Below, piece by piece: positions 1 through 9,088 of a stretch of DNA of 64,000 nt. How positions within the stretch are numbered: position 1 is the first letter of the stretch; the number at the start of each line of letters is the position of its first letter. The stretch is from Acidobacteriota bacterium (GTDB lineage: Bacteria > Acidobacteriota > Polarisedimenticolia > Gp22-AA2 > AA152), in assembly GCA_022616665.1 (NCBI GenBank), contig JAKEFJ010000059.1:25276-89275 (forward strand), read 5' to 3'. The notes under the pieces were generated by a model that was not told where the DNA came from, made no database searches, and worked only from the letters and a program-made list of their open reading frames with translations. The translations under genes were made by a program, and so were the position numbers.

Positions 1-2680
1 TGTACCCTCCCGGGTACTCGTTGATTCTCGCCGGCCTCTTCTACCTCGCCGGCGCGACGGGCCTGACGGAAGCGGCGGTTCTCGCGTTGTTTAATGTGCT
101 CTGCGGGGCCGGGATAGCCGTTCTCCTCTACTCCATCGGGGAGAATCTCTTTGGAAGGCGCACCGCGCTCATCGGGACACTGGTCTGGATCACCTACCCG
201 CTCTACGTGTGGCTCGCCCGGCTCCCGTGCACGGAATTGCCGTTCATGGTGCTTTTCTTCACGGCGGTGCATGTCCTCTTTCGGGGAATCGTCCGGAAGT
301 CCTCCCTCGAGGTGCCTGCGCTAGCTGTCGGGGTGCTGATCGGAGTGGGTTCCATCATCCGACCCTTCGCCGTGTTGATGAGTCTGCCGTTCCTGCCCGT
401 GATTTGGGGCTCAGCCGATCGCCGCTCGGTGGGCAAGCGCCTCCTTCCTTGTGGTCTGCTGTTGCTCGGAAATTTCGTGGCGATTCTCCCCTGGGAAGCC
501 TGGGTCTACAAGGAGAGCGGTTTGCTGATTCCTCTGGCGACGAACGGGCGCGCCGCCGTCCTGGACGGGTTGATGCTGGACACCCGGCCCGATCTCCCGG
601 GTCAGGTCCTGCCGATACCCGAGGATGTTCGCACTTTCCTCAAGGACCTCGTCGGGCGGTCGGAAGAGTTCGGCTCGCCGGCCGCCATCGGCGGCTTCCT
701 CCTGCGCGAGTTGCGCTCGAAACCGTGGACGGTCTTGAAACTTCTGATCCTGAAGGCCGCACGAGCCTTCTACGCAACCGACAGCCAGCGCTCTGAGCGA
801 CCCGTGGCGCTTTTGCAGATTCCCTTCTCCCTTCTGGCTCTGCTCGGGGCGCGCTTGGCGTGGAGATCCGATATCCAGGGACGACGATTCCTCGGACTTC
901 TTGTTCCCCTCGTGCTTTACTCTTGGGGCATGACGATCGTCGTCCTTTCGATCGTGCGCTACATGCTGCCCATCGAGGGACTTCTCGCCCTTCTGGTCGG
1001 CCTTTCACTTTCATCGCTGATGGACCGGGCCTTCTCTCAAATTGGTCCGTGCCGCCGCGAACCCAACTCCGCGCTCCAGGGCCCCGATGTCACGTAGCGC
1101 CATCCGACAGGTGCCTTCCGGCCGCACCAACCACAGCCACGGCCACCGCCGGGTACGAGTTCAACCTGGGCCAGGTGATCCGGTTCGGGGCGGACTTGGG
1201 GCAGGATCAGAAATGATAATCTGTCGGAATCCGATCCCACTCAGGAGGGGTACCAGCAGTTAACGGGAGTGGGGCTCTCGGGGAACTTCATCCGCGCAAG
1301 GAATCGTCGGCTCGACTCGGTAGCCCCCTGTCCCGCGTGCGGGAGTGGCGAGAGGTGCGATGACGTTGCAAAGACTGTCTCAGACGGCGCGCGACGGACT
1401 CCTCATGACCGTTGCCGCGGCGCTCGTCAGCGGGAGCTTCCTGCTGTTCGTGGTGCCGAGATCTCCGCGGCCCCTGCCTCCTGACTACTTGGACCATTAC
1501 TCCCCACTGGCGCACAGTCTCTTGGATGGGAAGGGATACCGAAACGCCTCCGGCCAGCCGGCCGTCCTCTATCCTCCCGGGTACTCGCTCATTCTCGCCG
1601 GGCTCTTCTACTTCTCGGGCGCAACGGGCATGGGGGAAGCGGCGGCTCTCGGGATGTTCAATGTGCTCTGCGGGATGGGAATCGCCGTTCTCCTCTTCTG
1701 CATCGGGAAGAGTCTCTTTGGACGACGTGTGGCGCTGATCGGGACGCTGATCTGGATCGCCTACCCGCTCTATGTGTGGCTCGCCCGGTTCCCGTGCACG
1801 GAATTGCCGTTCATGCTGCTTTTCTTCACGGCGGTTTTTTTCGTCCTTCGCGGAATTGTCAGGAAGTCCTCACTTGAAGCTCCCTCGTTCGCCGCCGGCG
1901 TTCTGATTGGCGCAGCCTCCCTCATACGGCCCTTCGCCTTCCTGATGAGTCTGCCTATCCTGCCCGTGCTCTGGCATTCCTCCGACCGGCGCGACGGGGT
2001 CAAGCGCCTCATCCCTTGCGGCCTGCTGTTGCTCGGAAACTTCGTGGCGATTCTGCCCTGGGAAGCCTGGGTGTACAAGGAGAGCGGCATGCTGATTCCT
2101 CTGGCGACGAGCCTACGAACCTCCATGCTGGACGGGTTGAGCCGCCTGGATACCCGACCCGATCTCCCTGGGCAGGTTTTGCCGATACCCGCCGATGTTC
2201 GCACCTTCCTCCAGGACATCGCCAGGCGGTCGGAAGAGCTCGACTCGCCGGCCGCCATCGGCAGCTTGCTGCTGCGCGAGCTGCGCTCGATACCGTGGAC
2301 GGTCTTGAAACTCCTGATCCTGAAGGCCGTCCGGGCCCTGTACGCAACCGACAGCCAGCGCCATGAGCGACCCGTGGCTCTCTTGCAGGTTCCATACTGC
2401 CTTCTGGCACTGATCGGAACAGGCCTGGCGTGGAAAGCCGGAGTCCACGGTCGACGCTTCGTCGGCCTGCTCGTCCCACTCGTGTTTTATTCTTGGGGCA
2501 TGGCGATCCTCGTCCTTTCGACCGTGCGCTACATGGTGCCCATCGAAGGGCTTCTCGCCCCTCTAGTCGGCCTTTCACTTTCATCGCTGGTGGACCGGGC
2601 CTTCCCTCAAATCGGTCCGTCCCGCCGCGAACCCAACTCCGCGCTCCAGGACCCCGATGTCAGTAGCGCCATCCGACGGG
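1..2680 (+). repeat. Tandem direct duplication (unit ~1.57 kb) carrying the GT-C gene
   Basis: Nucleotide-level similarity between 3..1111 and 1570..2680 (offset ~1567 nt). It covers the coding region, the stop codon and ~15 nt beyond. Copy 1 is cut by the window edge. Confidence 0.85.
3..1097 (+). CDS. GT-C fold membrane glycosyltransferase (PMT_2/ArnT/GT39-like), 5'-truncated by window edge; tandem paralog 1
   Basis: The frame is open from the window edge (phase starts at nt 3: YPPGYSLILAGLFY...) to TAG 1095-1097, so the ORF-track start at 21 is an edge artefact. Polytopic hydrophobic protein. About three-quarters of residues are identical by eye to residues ~76-440 of the 1345..2799 product. 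Family call is from motif memory (YPPGY plus hydrophobic spans), not a search. Confidence 0.75.
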   Translation, partial: YPPGYSLILAGLFYLAGATGLTEAAVLALFNVLCGAGIAVLLYSIGENLFGRRTALIGTLVWITYPLYVWLARLPCTELPFMVLFFTAVHVLFRGIVRKSSLEVPALAVGVLIGVGSIIRPFAVLMSLPFLPVIWGSADRRSVGKRLLPCGLLLLGNFVAILPWEAWVYKESGLLIPLATNGRAAVLDGLMLDTRPDLPGQVLPIPEDVRTFLKDLVGRSEEFGSPAAIGGFLLRELRSKPWTVLKLLILKAARAFYATDSQRSERPVALLQIPFSLLALLGARLAWRSDIQGRRFLGLLVPLVLYSWGMTIVVLSIVRYMLPIEGLLALLVGLSLSSLMDRAFSQIGPCRREPNSALQGPDVT

Positions 2681-2799
2681 CATCGACTCTCGAGAGCGGC
2701 TGGGCGATGGTGAATGTCGAGAAGCCGGATTTCCCGCGCACGCGACGAGACAACGACGCCTCGTCAGGGATACAGGGGTGCCCCCTGCCAAGGAAATGA
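1345..2799 (+). CDS. GT-C fold membrane glycosyltransferase (PMT_2/ArnT/GT39-like); tandem paralog 2 with read-through C-terminal extension
   Basis: 484-aa ORF from GTG 1345. The in-frame ATG 1360, preceded by GAGAGG, is a likelier start. It has an N-terminal TM segment, the loop DHYSPLAHSLLDGKGY, YPPGYSLILAGLFY and multiple hydrophobic spans. The last ~45 codons (2662-2799) have no counterpart in paralog 1. Confidence 0.8.
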   Translation: MARGAMTLQRLSQTARDGLLMTVAAALVSGSFLLFVVPRSPRPLPPDYLDHYSPLAHSLLDGKGYRNASGQPAVLYPPGYSLILAGLFYFSGATGMGEAAALGMFNVLCGMGIAVLLFCIGKSLFGRRVALIGTLIWIAYPLYVWLARFPCTELPFMLLFFTAVFFVLRGIVRKSSLEAPSFAAGVLIGAASLIRPFAFLMSLPILPVLWHSSDRRDGVKRLIPCGLLLLGNFVAILPWEAWVYKESGMLIPLATSLRTSMLDGLSRLDTRPDLPGQVLPIPADVRTFLQDIARRSEELDSPAAIGSLLLRELRSIPWTVLKLLILKAVRALYATDSQRHERPVALLQVPYCLLALIGTGLAWKAGVHGRRFVGLLVPLVFYSWGMAILVLSTVRYMVPIEGLLAPLVGLSLSSLVDRAFPQIGPSRREPNSALQDPDVSSAIRRASTLESGWAMVNVEKPDFPRTRRDNDASSGIQGCPLPRK

Positions 2800-2806
2800 G
2801 GTACCG

Positions 2807-4453
2807 GTGAGCCGAGCCGACCGGGGCTGTCCACATTGGCTGCTGTGGTGCGCCATGTGCGCCGTGGCACTGTTTGCTTGTCTTACCCTGTTCGACGCGT
2901 TCTTCGCTCAGGTGGAGAAAGACGAAGGCTTCTACGATTATGCGTTTCGCCTGGTGGCCAGCGGAGAACTTCCGTACCGCGACTTCAGCTATATCGAGAG
3001 CCCGGCGCTGCCCTATTATTATGCATGGCTTCTGGCCTGGCCGGGAATCACTCTGCATAGCGTGCGCTTTCTCAGCGCGCTGACCGGTCTGGCCGGGTTG
3101 CTGGTCCTGACGCGCTGCGCCTGGGTGGCCGGAGGGAGGGTGGCGGCCGCCCTGACGGCGCTCCTGCTATTCGCGAATCCCTACCATGCCGAATACTTCG
3201 CAAGAAACGTGACGTATCCCTTGATTACCCTCCTGCTGGCTCTGGCGCTCCAGTTGGAGCTGTCATCCGCTTCCCCAAGCTTCAGGACCGCTGGCCAGGC
3301 GTTCCTTCTGGCTCTGGCCGGCGCTGTGAAAGCGAGCATGGGAGTTGTCGCCCTGATTTGGGTGGGCTTGCTTCTCTGGCGTCGCCGGCACGACCGGCGG
3401 GCAGTCCTGCTGGGGGCTGGCGCTTTCCTGGCGGCGCTGCTTGTATCGGTGGGCCCGTTTCTCCTGGCGGCTCCTGCCGCCTTCTGGTTCAACGTCGTCA
3501 CGGCGTCGCTTCATCGAGGCAGTGTCTTCCCATTCATGCGCCTTGCCGATCCGCTGGATCAATGGCTGGAATTCGGCTGGGGCCAAAAAATCCTGGGCGC
3601 GCGAACGGTGATCCTCTTCCATCTTCCGCTTGTGGTCTTATCGGTCCTGTGCCTGACGCGCCGGTCCCCCAGGATGCAGCCTCGCGACGGGGTCCTCGGC
3701 GAGTCGACATTGGCCGTCGCCGCGGCCCTGGTTGGCGGCTTGCTCTTCCATCTGCTGGTTCCTTCCCCCGCCTATCCGAACTACTGCTTCCTAACTCTCC
3801 CGACTTTGGGGGTGCTCGTGGCATTGACGTACGCTCGGATGATTAGCAGTGGGGATCCTCAACCAGAGAGGAGAGGGTGGCTGGCGCTCCCGGTGATTCT
3901 GGGGGCGCTGAATCTCCTGGCGGGATTCGATCCCAGCAAGGTGGGGCTCGAGGTGGGCACCTGGCGCCATGGCTCGCAGCGTGAGCTCGCCAAGCTGGTA
4001 GGCGAAATCGTCCCGCCTCGGGGGCGGCTGCTGACCGATTACCTGCCTGTGGCGGTGGATGCCAACCGGCTGGTCGTTCGAGGCAATGAAGGTGGACGCT
4101 CGTCCCTGATACCGGATCTCCCCGACAAGGAAGCCCGAGCGTTTCACATTTTGAACCGCAAGCTCCTCCTGGATATTCTGTCGCAGCGGCAGGCGCAGGG
4201 TGTGGTGCTGACCGGGCAACTCACGGAACAGAGCTTTGGTACGGTTCCCGGGTTCCTCGAAGAGATCGAAATGGCTTTAGTTCGGAACTACGAGCTGGTC
4301 CGCGAATTTCCTCCCAGCGTCTATTTCCCGTACGGAAGAATCAGGGTCTTCCGCTTGCGGAACCTGAAAACAGCCGCTGCCGCTTCCGGTCGGTGCGATC
4401 CGATCACCACACCGCCCGGAAGCACCTCACCCTGCGCATGGTATCTCCGGTAG
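2807..4453 (+). CDS. GT-C type polytopic glycosyltransferase with soluble C-terminal domain
   Basis: The ORF-track frame is 2714..4453. I place the start at in-frame GTG 2807, just after the upstream stop; ATG 2855 is also possible. First-loop motif EKDEGFYDYAFRLVASGELPYRDFSYIESPALPYYY, many hydrophobic spans, then a ~170-aa non-hydrophobic C-terminal domain ending IRVFRLRN. The final ~25 codons may be read-through. Confidence 0.7.
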   Translation: MSRADRGCPHWLLWCAMCAVALFACLTLFDAFFAQVEKDEGFYDYAFRLVASGELPYRDFSYIESPALPYYYAWLLAWPGITLHSVRFLSALTGLAGLLVLTRCAWVAGGRVAAALTALLLFANPYHAEYFARNVTYPLITLLLALALQLELSSASPSFRTAGQAFLLALAGAVKASMGVVALIWVGLLLWRRRHDRRAVLLGAGAFLAALLVSVGPFLLAAPAAFWFNVVTASLHRGSVFPFMRLADPLDQWLEFGWGQKILGARTVILFHLPLVVLSVLCLTRRSPRMQPRDGVLGESTLAVAAALVGGLLFHLLVPSPAYPNYCFLTLPTLGVLVALTYARMISSGDPQPERRGWLALPVILGALNLLAGFDPSKVGLEVGTWRHGSQRELAKLVGEIVPPRGRLLTDYLPVAVDANRLVVRGNEGGRSSLIPDLPDKEARAFHILNRKLLLDILSQRQAQGVVLTGQLTEQSFGTVPGFLEEIEMALVRNYELVREFPPSVYFPYGRIRVFRLRNLKTAAAASGRCDPITTPPGSTSPCAWYLR

Positions 4454-4554
4454 TGACCAAAACCCGCATCCTGCTCGTCGCTCCACAAATCCATGCCGGC
4501 AGGCACCGCAATCAGTAGGTGTGAGGCGGAATTGATTTCATCGCTCATCGTCAT
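4321..4554 (-). pseudogene. Possible remnant of a class I SAM-dependent methyltransferase (middle/C-terminal fragment only)
   Basis: 77-aa ORF whose ATG overlaps the plsC stop (ATGA). SHLLIAVPAGMDLWSDEQDAGFGHYRRY resembles the '...PGG.LL..VPA...LWS..D...GHYRRY' segment of Methyltransf_11/23 proteins. The N-terminal SAM-binding GxGxG part is absent. Its 3' end overlaps the convergent GT-C gene. Confidence 0.3.
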
Positions 4555-5282
4555 TGAGTGCGCTTCAACATTACGGGTTGTTCCTGGGCTCCAAGGGTGC
4601 GCTCCATGACGGTGCGCACTTCCTGCATCAAGCGCTCTTTCTCCTCCAGCGTGTACCGGGCCGGATCGATGGGCTCACCGATTCCCACCTGGATGGTTCC
4701 CGGCCGAATTCTCAGGCTGCCCTTAGCCAGGATCTCGCGGCTCCCCTGGATGGTGATCGGGATGATCGGCACGCCGGCCTGGATGGCCAGGACGAAGCCT
4801 CCCTTCTTGAAGGGGAGCAGCTTCCCATCGAGGGAGCGCGTGCCCTCCGCGTAAATCAGGAGCGACGTTCCGCCGCGCAGGCGCTGGGCGGCATGCTCGA
4901 GACTCTTGATGGCTTTCTCCCGATTGCTTCGATCGATGCCCACGAAGCCGGAGAGCTTGAGCACCCAGCCGAAAATCGGAATGTAGAAAAGCTCCTGTTT
5001 CGCGAGGATGCGGAATTGCAAGGGAATGGCCAGGACCACCGCCAGAATGTCGAACTGGCTCTGGTGATTGGAAAGAAACAGATAAGGCCCTGGCGGGGAA
5101 ATGCGGGAGCCGCCTTGCACCACCAGCTTGACCCGGCACAGCGAGAGAATGATTCGTGCCCAGAAGCGGGCCAGGGGGAGGACTGCGTTTCCGCTGGGAA
5201 CCGCCAGGCAGGAGAGGATCCCGGCCGTCCCCAAGATCGACGTGATGAGGGCGATGGCTAGGAGTCGGAGGAAATTCAGCAT
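4551..5282 (-). CDS. plsC: 1-acyl-sn-glycerol-3-phosphate acyltransferase
   Basis: 243 aa with an N-terminal TM segment, the acyltransferase HX4D motif (NHQSQFD), YAEGTRS and PIIPITI blocks. Confidence 0.9.
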   Translation of the reverse strand: MLNFLRLLAIALITSILGTAGILSCLAVPSGNAVLPLARFWARIILSLCRVKLVVQGGSRISPPGPYLFLSNHQSQFDILAVVLAIPLQFRILAKQELFYIPIFGWVLKLSGFVGIDRSNREKAIKSLEHAAQRLRGGTSLLIYAEGTRSLDGKLLPFKKGGFVLAIQAGVPIIPITIQGSREILAKGSLRIRPGTIQVGIGEPIDPARYTLEEKERLMQEVRTVMERTLGAQEQPVMLKRTQ

Positions 5283-5343
5283 GGATCCCGGAAAGGGGAG
5301 AACGTGAGTGCGCTAGTATAGGAAACTCGCGTTGGGGAGATCA

Positions 5344-7350
5344 ATGAAGGATCGACTTTCTGGAGTCATTCGTGTCGGCGTGGATACGGGAGGAACCTTT
5401 ACCGACCTGGTTGTCGCGGGGCGCAGAGGAATCCTCCGGGTCCTGAAGCTGCGATCCACCCCGGCCGACCCGGCCGCCGCCGTCCTGAAGGGACTCGACC
5501 GGCTCGGGATGCTGCGGGGAAGCGTGATGGTCATCCATGGAACGACGGTGGCCACCAACGCCCTCCTTCAGGGCAGAGGCGGAAAGGCGGTTCTGATCAC
5601 GACCTCCGGCTTCGAGGACGTCCTCTCGCTCGGACGCCAAGCTCGTTCGGATCTCTACCGGCTAGACCCCCGGCCGCGAGCCGACTGGCTTCCCTCGAAT
5701 CGCCGTCTGGGCGTTGCGGAGAGGATGGGACCATCGGGAGAATCGATCCTTCCGCTCTCCCGGCGGTCCTTGCAGGGGCTCCTCGGCCGGCTGCGCCGGA
5801 TCCGACCCGATGCGGTGGCCGTGTGCTTTCTGCATGCCTACGCCAATCCGGTCCACGAGAAGTTGGTCGCGAGGTATCTTCGTCGGGAGGGGTGGCATCT
5901 CTCTCTTTCACACCGCGTGGCGGGAGAATTCAGGGAATACGAGCGGACCGCCACGACCGTCGCCAACGCCGTTCTGGCCAAGCCGGTGGAGGGTTATCTC
6001 ACGAATCTCAACCGGCGAATCGGCGGGCGATTGCGTGTCATGGGTAGCAGCGGCGGGTGGATGACCGCCACCAGGGCATCCCAGCTGCCCGTTCGAACGG
6101 TCCTGTCGGGGCCTGCCGGAGGCGTGGGGGCTGCTTCCATCCTCGGGAAGCGCGTGGCCCAAGGTGGTCTGATCACTTTGGACATGGGCGGAACTTCAAC
6201 CGATCTGGCTCTCTGCATGGGTGAGGTCCCGCGCATCACCCGAACCTCACTGAACGGAATCCCGCTGCTAATACCGGCGCTGGATATCCGCAGCCTCGGT
6301 GCGGGAGGGGGGTCCATCGCCCGACGCGATGCAGGGGGCGCCTTGCGGGTGGGTCCCGAGAGCGCCGGAGCGGAGCCCGGTCCTGCCTGTTACGGTAGAG
6401 GGGGGACGGAGCCCACGCTCACCGACGCCCATCTGGTGCTGGGACGGCTTCCGGCGGAGGGTCTGCTCGGGGGTGATATCAAGCTGGACGAGGCCGCCGC
6501 GCGCAAGGCACTCGAGCGCCTCGGCAAAGGCCTCAGGATGGGGGTGCAAGAGACGGCCCGTGGAATCTTGCGGGTCGTGGAGTCCTCCCTGGAGAAAGCC
6601 ATTCGAGCCCTGGTGGCGGAGCGCGGATTGATCCCCTCCTCCCTGAGTCTCATGGTCTTTGGTGGAGCGGGAGGGCTGCACGCGTGCGAATTGGCTAAGA
6701 ACTTGGGGGTGGGGCAAGTCGTGATCCCCCCGGACGCGGGAACCTTCTCCGCTCTGGGTCTTGCATCTTCCCCCTCGATTTGGGAGTCCTCGAGAACCGT
6801 GCTCCTGCGCGCAGATCGCCTGCCGGAGCGGGAGCTTCGAAAGCGACTGCGCGAGTTGGAACGAGAGGGATTGGCGACCTTGCGCCAGGAAGGACTCCGC
6901 CCCTCTGCGCTACGGGTGTCCCGAGAGGTGGATCTGAGGTATGCGGGACAATCGCATGAGCTGACTCTGCCGGTGGGACCGAGTCTGGTGCAGAGATTTC
7001 ACCAGCGCCACGGAAGGGAGTTTGGATATTCCCGTCCCGGGGACAACGTTGAGCTGGTCACGCTGCGGATACGCATCGCCGCCTGGCCGCCGAAAATCGA
7101 CTTTCACCCGCGCTACCGAAATGCTTCCGGCACCCCCTCCGGAGCAGGCCGCACTCATCCCGGTTTGGGTAGGAGCCGGAGAGGCTTGACGATGCATCGA
7201 AGGGGAGACCTGAGGCGCGGCGACCATCTCATCGGCCCCGCTCTGGTCACGGAGTACTCCGCCACCACCTTTGTGCCTAAGGGATACGGGCTGCGGGTAG
7301 GCGGCATGGGTGAACTCCGGCTGTCAGCATCGAAGAAGCGCGCAAGATGA
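5344..7350 (+). CDS. Hydantoinase/oxoprolinase family, A (beta) subunit
   Basis: ATG 5344 (ORF-track TTG 5332) preceded by GGGGAGA. The N-terminal IRVGVDTGGTFTD signature, the DMGGTSTD block and the ~670-aa length are typical of HyuA/OplA-type proteins. Confidence 0.85.
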   Translation: MKDRLSGVIRVGVDTGGTFTDLVVAGRRGILRVLKLRSTPADPAAAVLKGLDRLGMLRGSVMVIHGTTVATNALLQGRGGKAVLITTSGFEDVLSLGRQARSDLYRLDPRPRADWLPSNRRLGVAERMGPSGESILPLSRRSLQGLLGRLRRIRPDAVAVCFLHAYANPVHEKLVARYLRREGWHLSLSHRVAGEFREYERTATTVANAVLAKPVEGYLTNLNRRIGGRLRVMGSSGGWMTATRASQLPVRTVLSGPAGGVGAASILGKRVAQGGLITLDMGGTSTDLALCMGEVPRITRTSLNGIPLLIPALDIRSLGAGGGSIARRDAGGALRVGPESAGAEPGPACYGRGGTEPTLTDAHLVLGRLPAEGLLGGDIKLDEAAARKALERLGKGLRMGVQETARGILRVVESSLEKAIRALVAERGLIPSSLSLMVFGGAGGLHACELAKNLGVGQVVIPPDAGTFSALGLASSPSIWESSRTVLLRADRLPERELRKRLRELEREGLATLRQEGLRPSALRVSREVDLRYAGQSHELTLPVGPSLVQRFHQRHGREFGYSRPGDNVELVTLRIRIAAWPPKIDFHPRYRNASGTPSGAGRTHPGLGRSRRGLTMHRRGDLRRGDHLIGPALVTEYSATTFVPKGYGLRVGGMGELRLSASKKRAR

Positions 7351-8933
7351 CTTCCCCCTCGGTCTACTTCGATCCCATCTCCCTCGAGCTCGCCCGCCAT
7401 GTGCTCGGCTCGTTGGTCGAGGAGATGGGTCAGGTGCTCATGCGGAGCGCCTTCTCAGCCAACATCAAGGAGCGCCGAGACTATTCCTGCGCCCTGTTCG
7501 ATGGCCGGGGAAGAGCGGTGGCCTTGGGCGACCACATGCCGGTTCACCTTGGATCCATGCCGGGGGCCGTGGAGCAGGTGCTCAAGATTCGGCCTCCCAG
7601 AAGAGGGGAGATGGTCGGCGTGAATGATCCCTTCTCGGGAGGGACACACCTTCCAGACATCACTCTCGTCGCTCCCTATCCGCTGAACAGCTCGCGCCCC
7701 AGGTTTTTTGTGGCCAATCGGGCGCATCACAGCGACGTGGGGGGAGCTTACCCCGGCTCCATGGCGCCGGGGGCGGTCGAAATCTACCAGGAGGGAATCG
7801 TACTCCCGCCCATTCCCCTGGTGCGTTCTGGACGATTGGACCCCGACATCCTCAGGCTCTTGCTGTCGAATGTCCGAACGCCGCGCGAGCGGGAAGCCGA
7901 TCTACGGGCCCAGATCGCCTCCAACCTGGCGGGTGCTCGGAGGCTCCACGACCTGGAGCGTCGCCTGGGGAAGAAGCGACTCGCTGACTGGGCCTCCACT
8001 CAGGTCCGCTATGCCTCTCGTATGGTCCGCGCCTTCCTGAGAGAGATTCCGGATGGGATCTATTCGGCCCAGGAGTGTCTCGAAGGGGATGGCGTGAGCG
8101 CACAGGAAGTGCGTTTAGAGGTCCGGCTGCTCGTTCGTGCCGGGCGGGTCACAGTGGATTTCAGCGGGACCGATTCCCAAACTCCGGGCAACATCAATGC
8201 GGTGGAAGCGATTACGCGCTCGGCGGTTTACTTTGTTTTCCGCTGCCTGGTGCGCGAAGACATCCCCTTCAACGAGGGGTGTTTTGCGGCGATCAGGATT
8301 CGAATTCCCTCCGGCACGGTCCTTTCGGCGAAACGCCCGGCGGCGGTGGCGGGGGGCAATGTGGAAACTTCCCAGCGTGTGGTGGACCTGGTGCTCAAGG
8401 CGCTGCGGCGGGCCCTTCCGGACCGAATCCCGGCCCAGAGTTGCGGGACGATGACGAATGTTACGCTGGGAGGTGGGGAGGGGAGGACAGGCGCCGTGTT
8501 CACCTACTATGAGACGATTGCGGGTGGGATGGGGGCCTCCTCGGTGGGTCCGGGGCAAAGCGCAGTGCACACCGCCATGACCAACTCTCTGAATACTCCC
8601 GTGGAGGCCCTGGAGCAGGCTTACCCGTTGCGGGTATTAGAGTACGCCGTAAGAAGAGGTTCGGGTGGTGCTGGAAAGCACCGCGGAGGGGACGGCGTGG
8701 TTCGGGAGATTCAGGTGATCGGTCCGACGGAAGCTTCCTTGCTGACGGATCGCTACCTGCGCCCCCCAGCCGGAGCCAGAGGGGGGGAGCCCGCTCGCTC
8801 GGGTTGCGCCTGGGTTGTGCGGAATGGCCGTGCTAAGCGGCTGGGTTCCAAGGTGCGGTTGAAGCTCCTGCCCGGTGATTCCCTGCGCCTTGCGACCCCG
8901 GGTGGCGGAGGGTGGGGGAGGAAGCTGCGATGA
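7347..8933 (+). CDS. Hydantoinase B/oxoprolinase family subunit
   Basis: The start overlaps the upstream stop (ATGA). Blocks SANIKERRDYSCALFD, DPFSGGTHLPD, NRAHHSDVGG and GGGGWG near the C-terminus are characteristic of the Hydantoinase_B family. Confidence 0.85.
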   Translation: MTSPSVYFDPISLELARHVLGSLVEEMGQVLMRSAFSANIKERRDYSCALFDGRGRAVALGDHMPVHLGSMPGAVEQVLKIRPPRRGEMVGVNDPFSGGTHLPDITLVAPYPLNSSRPRFFVANRAHHSDVGGAYPGSMAPGAVEIYQEGIVLPPIPLVRSGRLDPDILRLLLSNVRTPREREADLRAQIASNLAGARRLHDLERRLGKKRLADWASTQVRYASRMVRAFLREIPDGIYSAQECLEGDGVSAQEVRLEVRLLVRAGRVTVDFSGTDSQTPGNINAVEAITRSAVYFVFRCLVREDIPFNEGCFAAIRIRIPSGTVLSAKRPAAVAGGNVETSQRVVDLVLKALRRALPDRIPAQSCGTMTNVTLGGGEGRTGAVFTYYETIAGGMGASSVGPGQSAVHTAMTNSLNTPVEALEQAYPLRVLEYAVRRGSGGAGKHRGGDGVVREIQVIGPTEASLLTDRYLRPPAGARGGEPARSGCAWVVRNGRAKRLGSKVRLKLLPGDSLRLATPGGGGWGRKLR

Positions 8934-9002
8934 ACTCCTCGCAGGCGCTGCGGGGCGACCCTTCATGAAGGAAGCAAAGTGAGAAGTTCCCCAGGGAACG
9001 CC

Positions 9003-9032
9003 TTGACGGGGGACTCAGCGGTTGTTTACACT
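9003..9032 (+). promoter_or_regulatory. Candidate sigma70-like promoter upstream of mlaE
   Basis: TTGACG (9003-9008), an 18-nt spacer, then TACACT (9027-9032), about 57 nt upstream of the mlaE ATG in a 155-nt gap. Pattern match only. Confidence 0.25.
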
Positions 9033-9088
9033 AACGCGGCTTATAAGTTGTTGCCCTAAAACCACCTAGGGCCGCCGCCGGGGGGCGG

